Assembly: GCA_015680685.1 (NCBI GenBank) | Contig: MNCI01003125.1 | Coordinates: forward strand, 100,923 to 164,922 | From: Gnetum montanum | Lineage: Eukaryota > Plantae > Gnetophyta | DNA length: 64,000 nt | Direction of reading: 5' to 3' | Shown: piece by piece, positions 63,876 to 64,000 of the stretch | Position numbering within the stretch: position 1 is the first letter of the stretch | How the letters are laid out: every line of letters starts with the position of its first letter | The notes under the pieces: generated by a model | Databases searched by the model: none | The model's input: the letters and a program-made list of their open reading frames with translations, nothing else | Told to the model about the DNA's origin: nothing | Made by a program: the position numbers and the translations under genes

Positions 63876-64000
63876 NACGCGAGGCGAGAGATGTCCTCTT
63901 CCGATATGGGGACATCAAGGAGGCGCAGCGGTGGCTTAGCCACGCGGCGGCCCCCGCTGTGGTGGTCGCCAACCTCCAGACCGCAGGGCTGCTGCACCTG

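Noticed and set aside
63876-64000. Apparent internal duplication of the cargo exon (copy of ~63460-63583)
   Set aside because: Begins exactly at an N; most likely a scaffold join to a paralogous copy or overlap

Overview
Plant (CG+CHG-methylated, fern/lycophyte-like by impression only) heterochromatic stack of Ty3/gypsy LTR retrotransposons of the Tat type (gag-PR // RT-RH-aRH-INT). No intact host gene is visible. Three related ~16-18 kb elements are nested, each junction backed by a near-perfect 5-bp TSD: B (18345-34931, -) sits in the 5' LTR of A (1186-36295, -), which sits in gag of C (1017-1185 + 36296-51809, +). They are followed by a diverged partial element D (52110-58630, +), a degenerate spliced gene with a possible Ulp1-like domain (~59100-61629, -) and a young CpG-rich element E (61630-end, -). 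Main discovery: in A, B and C (and, as far as they are preserved, D and E) the PR and RT regions are separated by a ~5.6 kb spacer. It has the borders of an in-frame intron and contains an ANTISENSE multi-exon gene with its own TATA box. The gene encodes an FCP1/NIF-like HAD phosphatase fold whose catalytic Asp motifs are replaced (a pseudophosphatase), fused to a plant-transposon-type domain, an acidic linker and a coiled coil. One intron position is conserved in all five copies, and the exons are stop-free in E. Protein family calls come from motif recognition by eye, not database searches.
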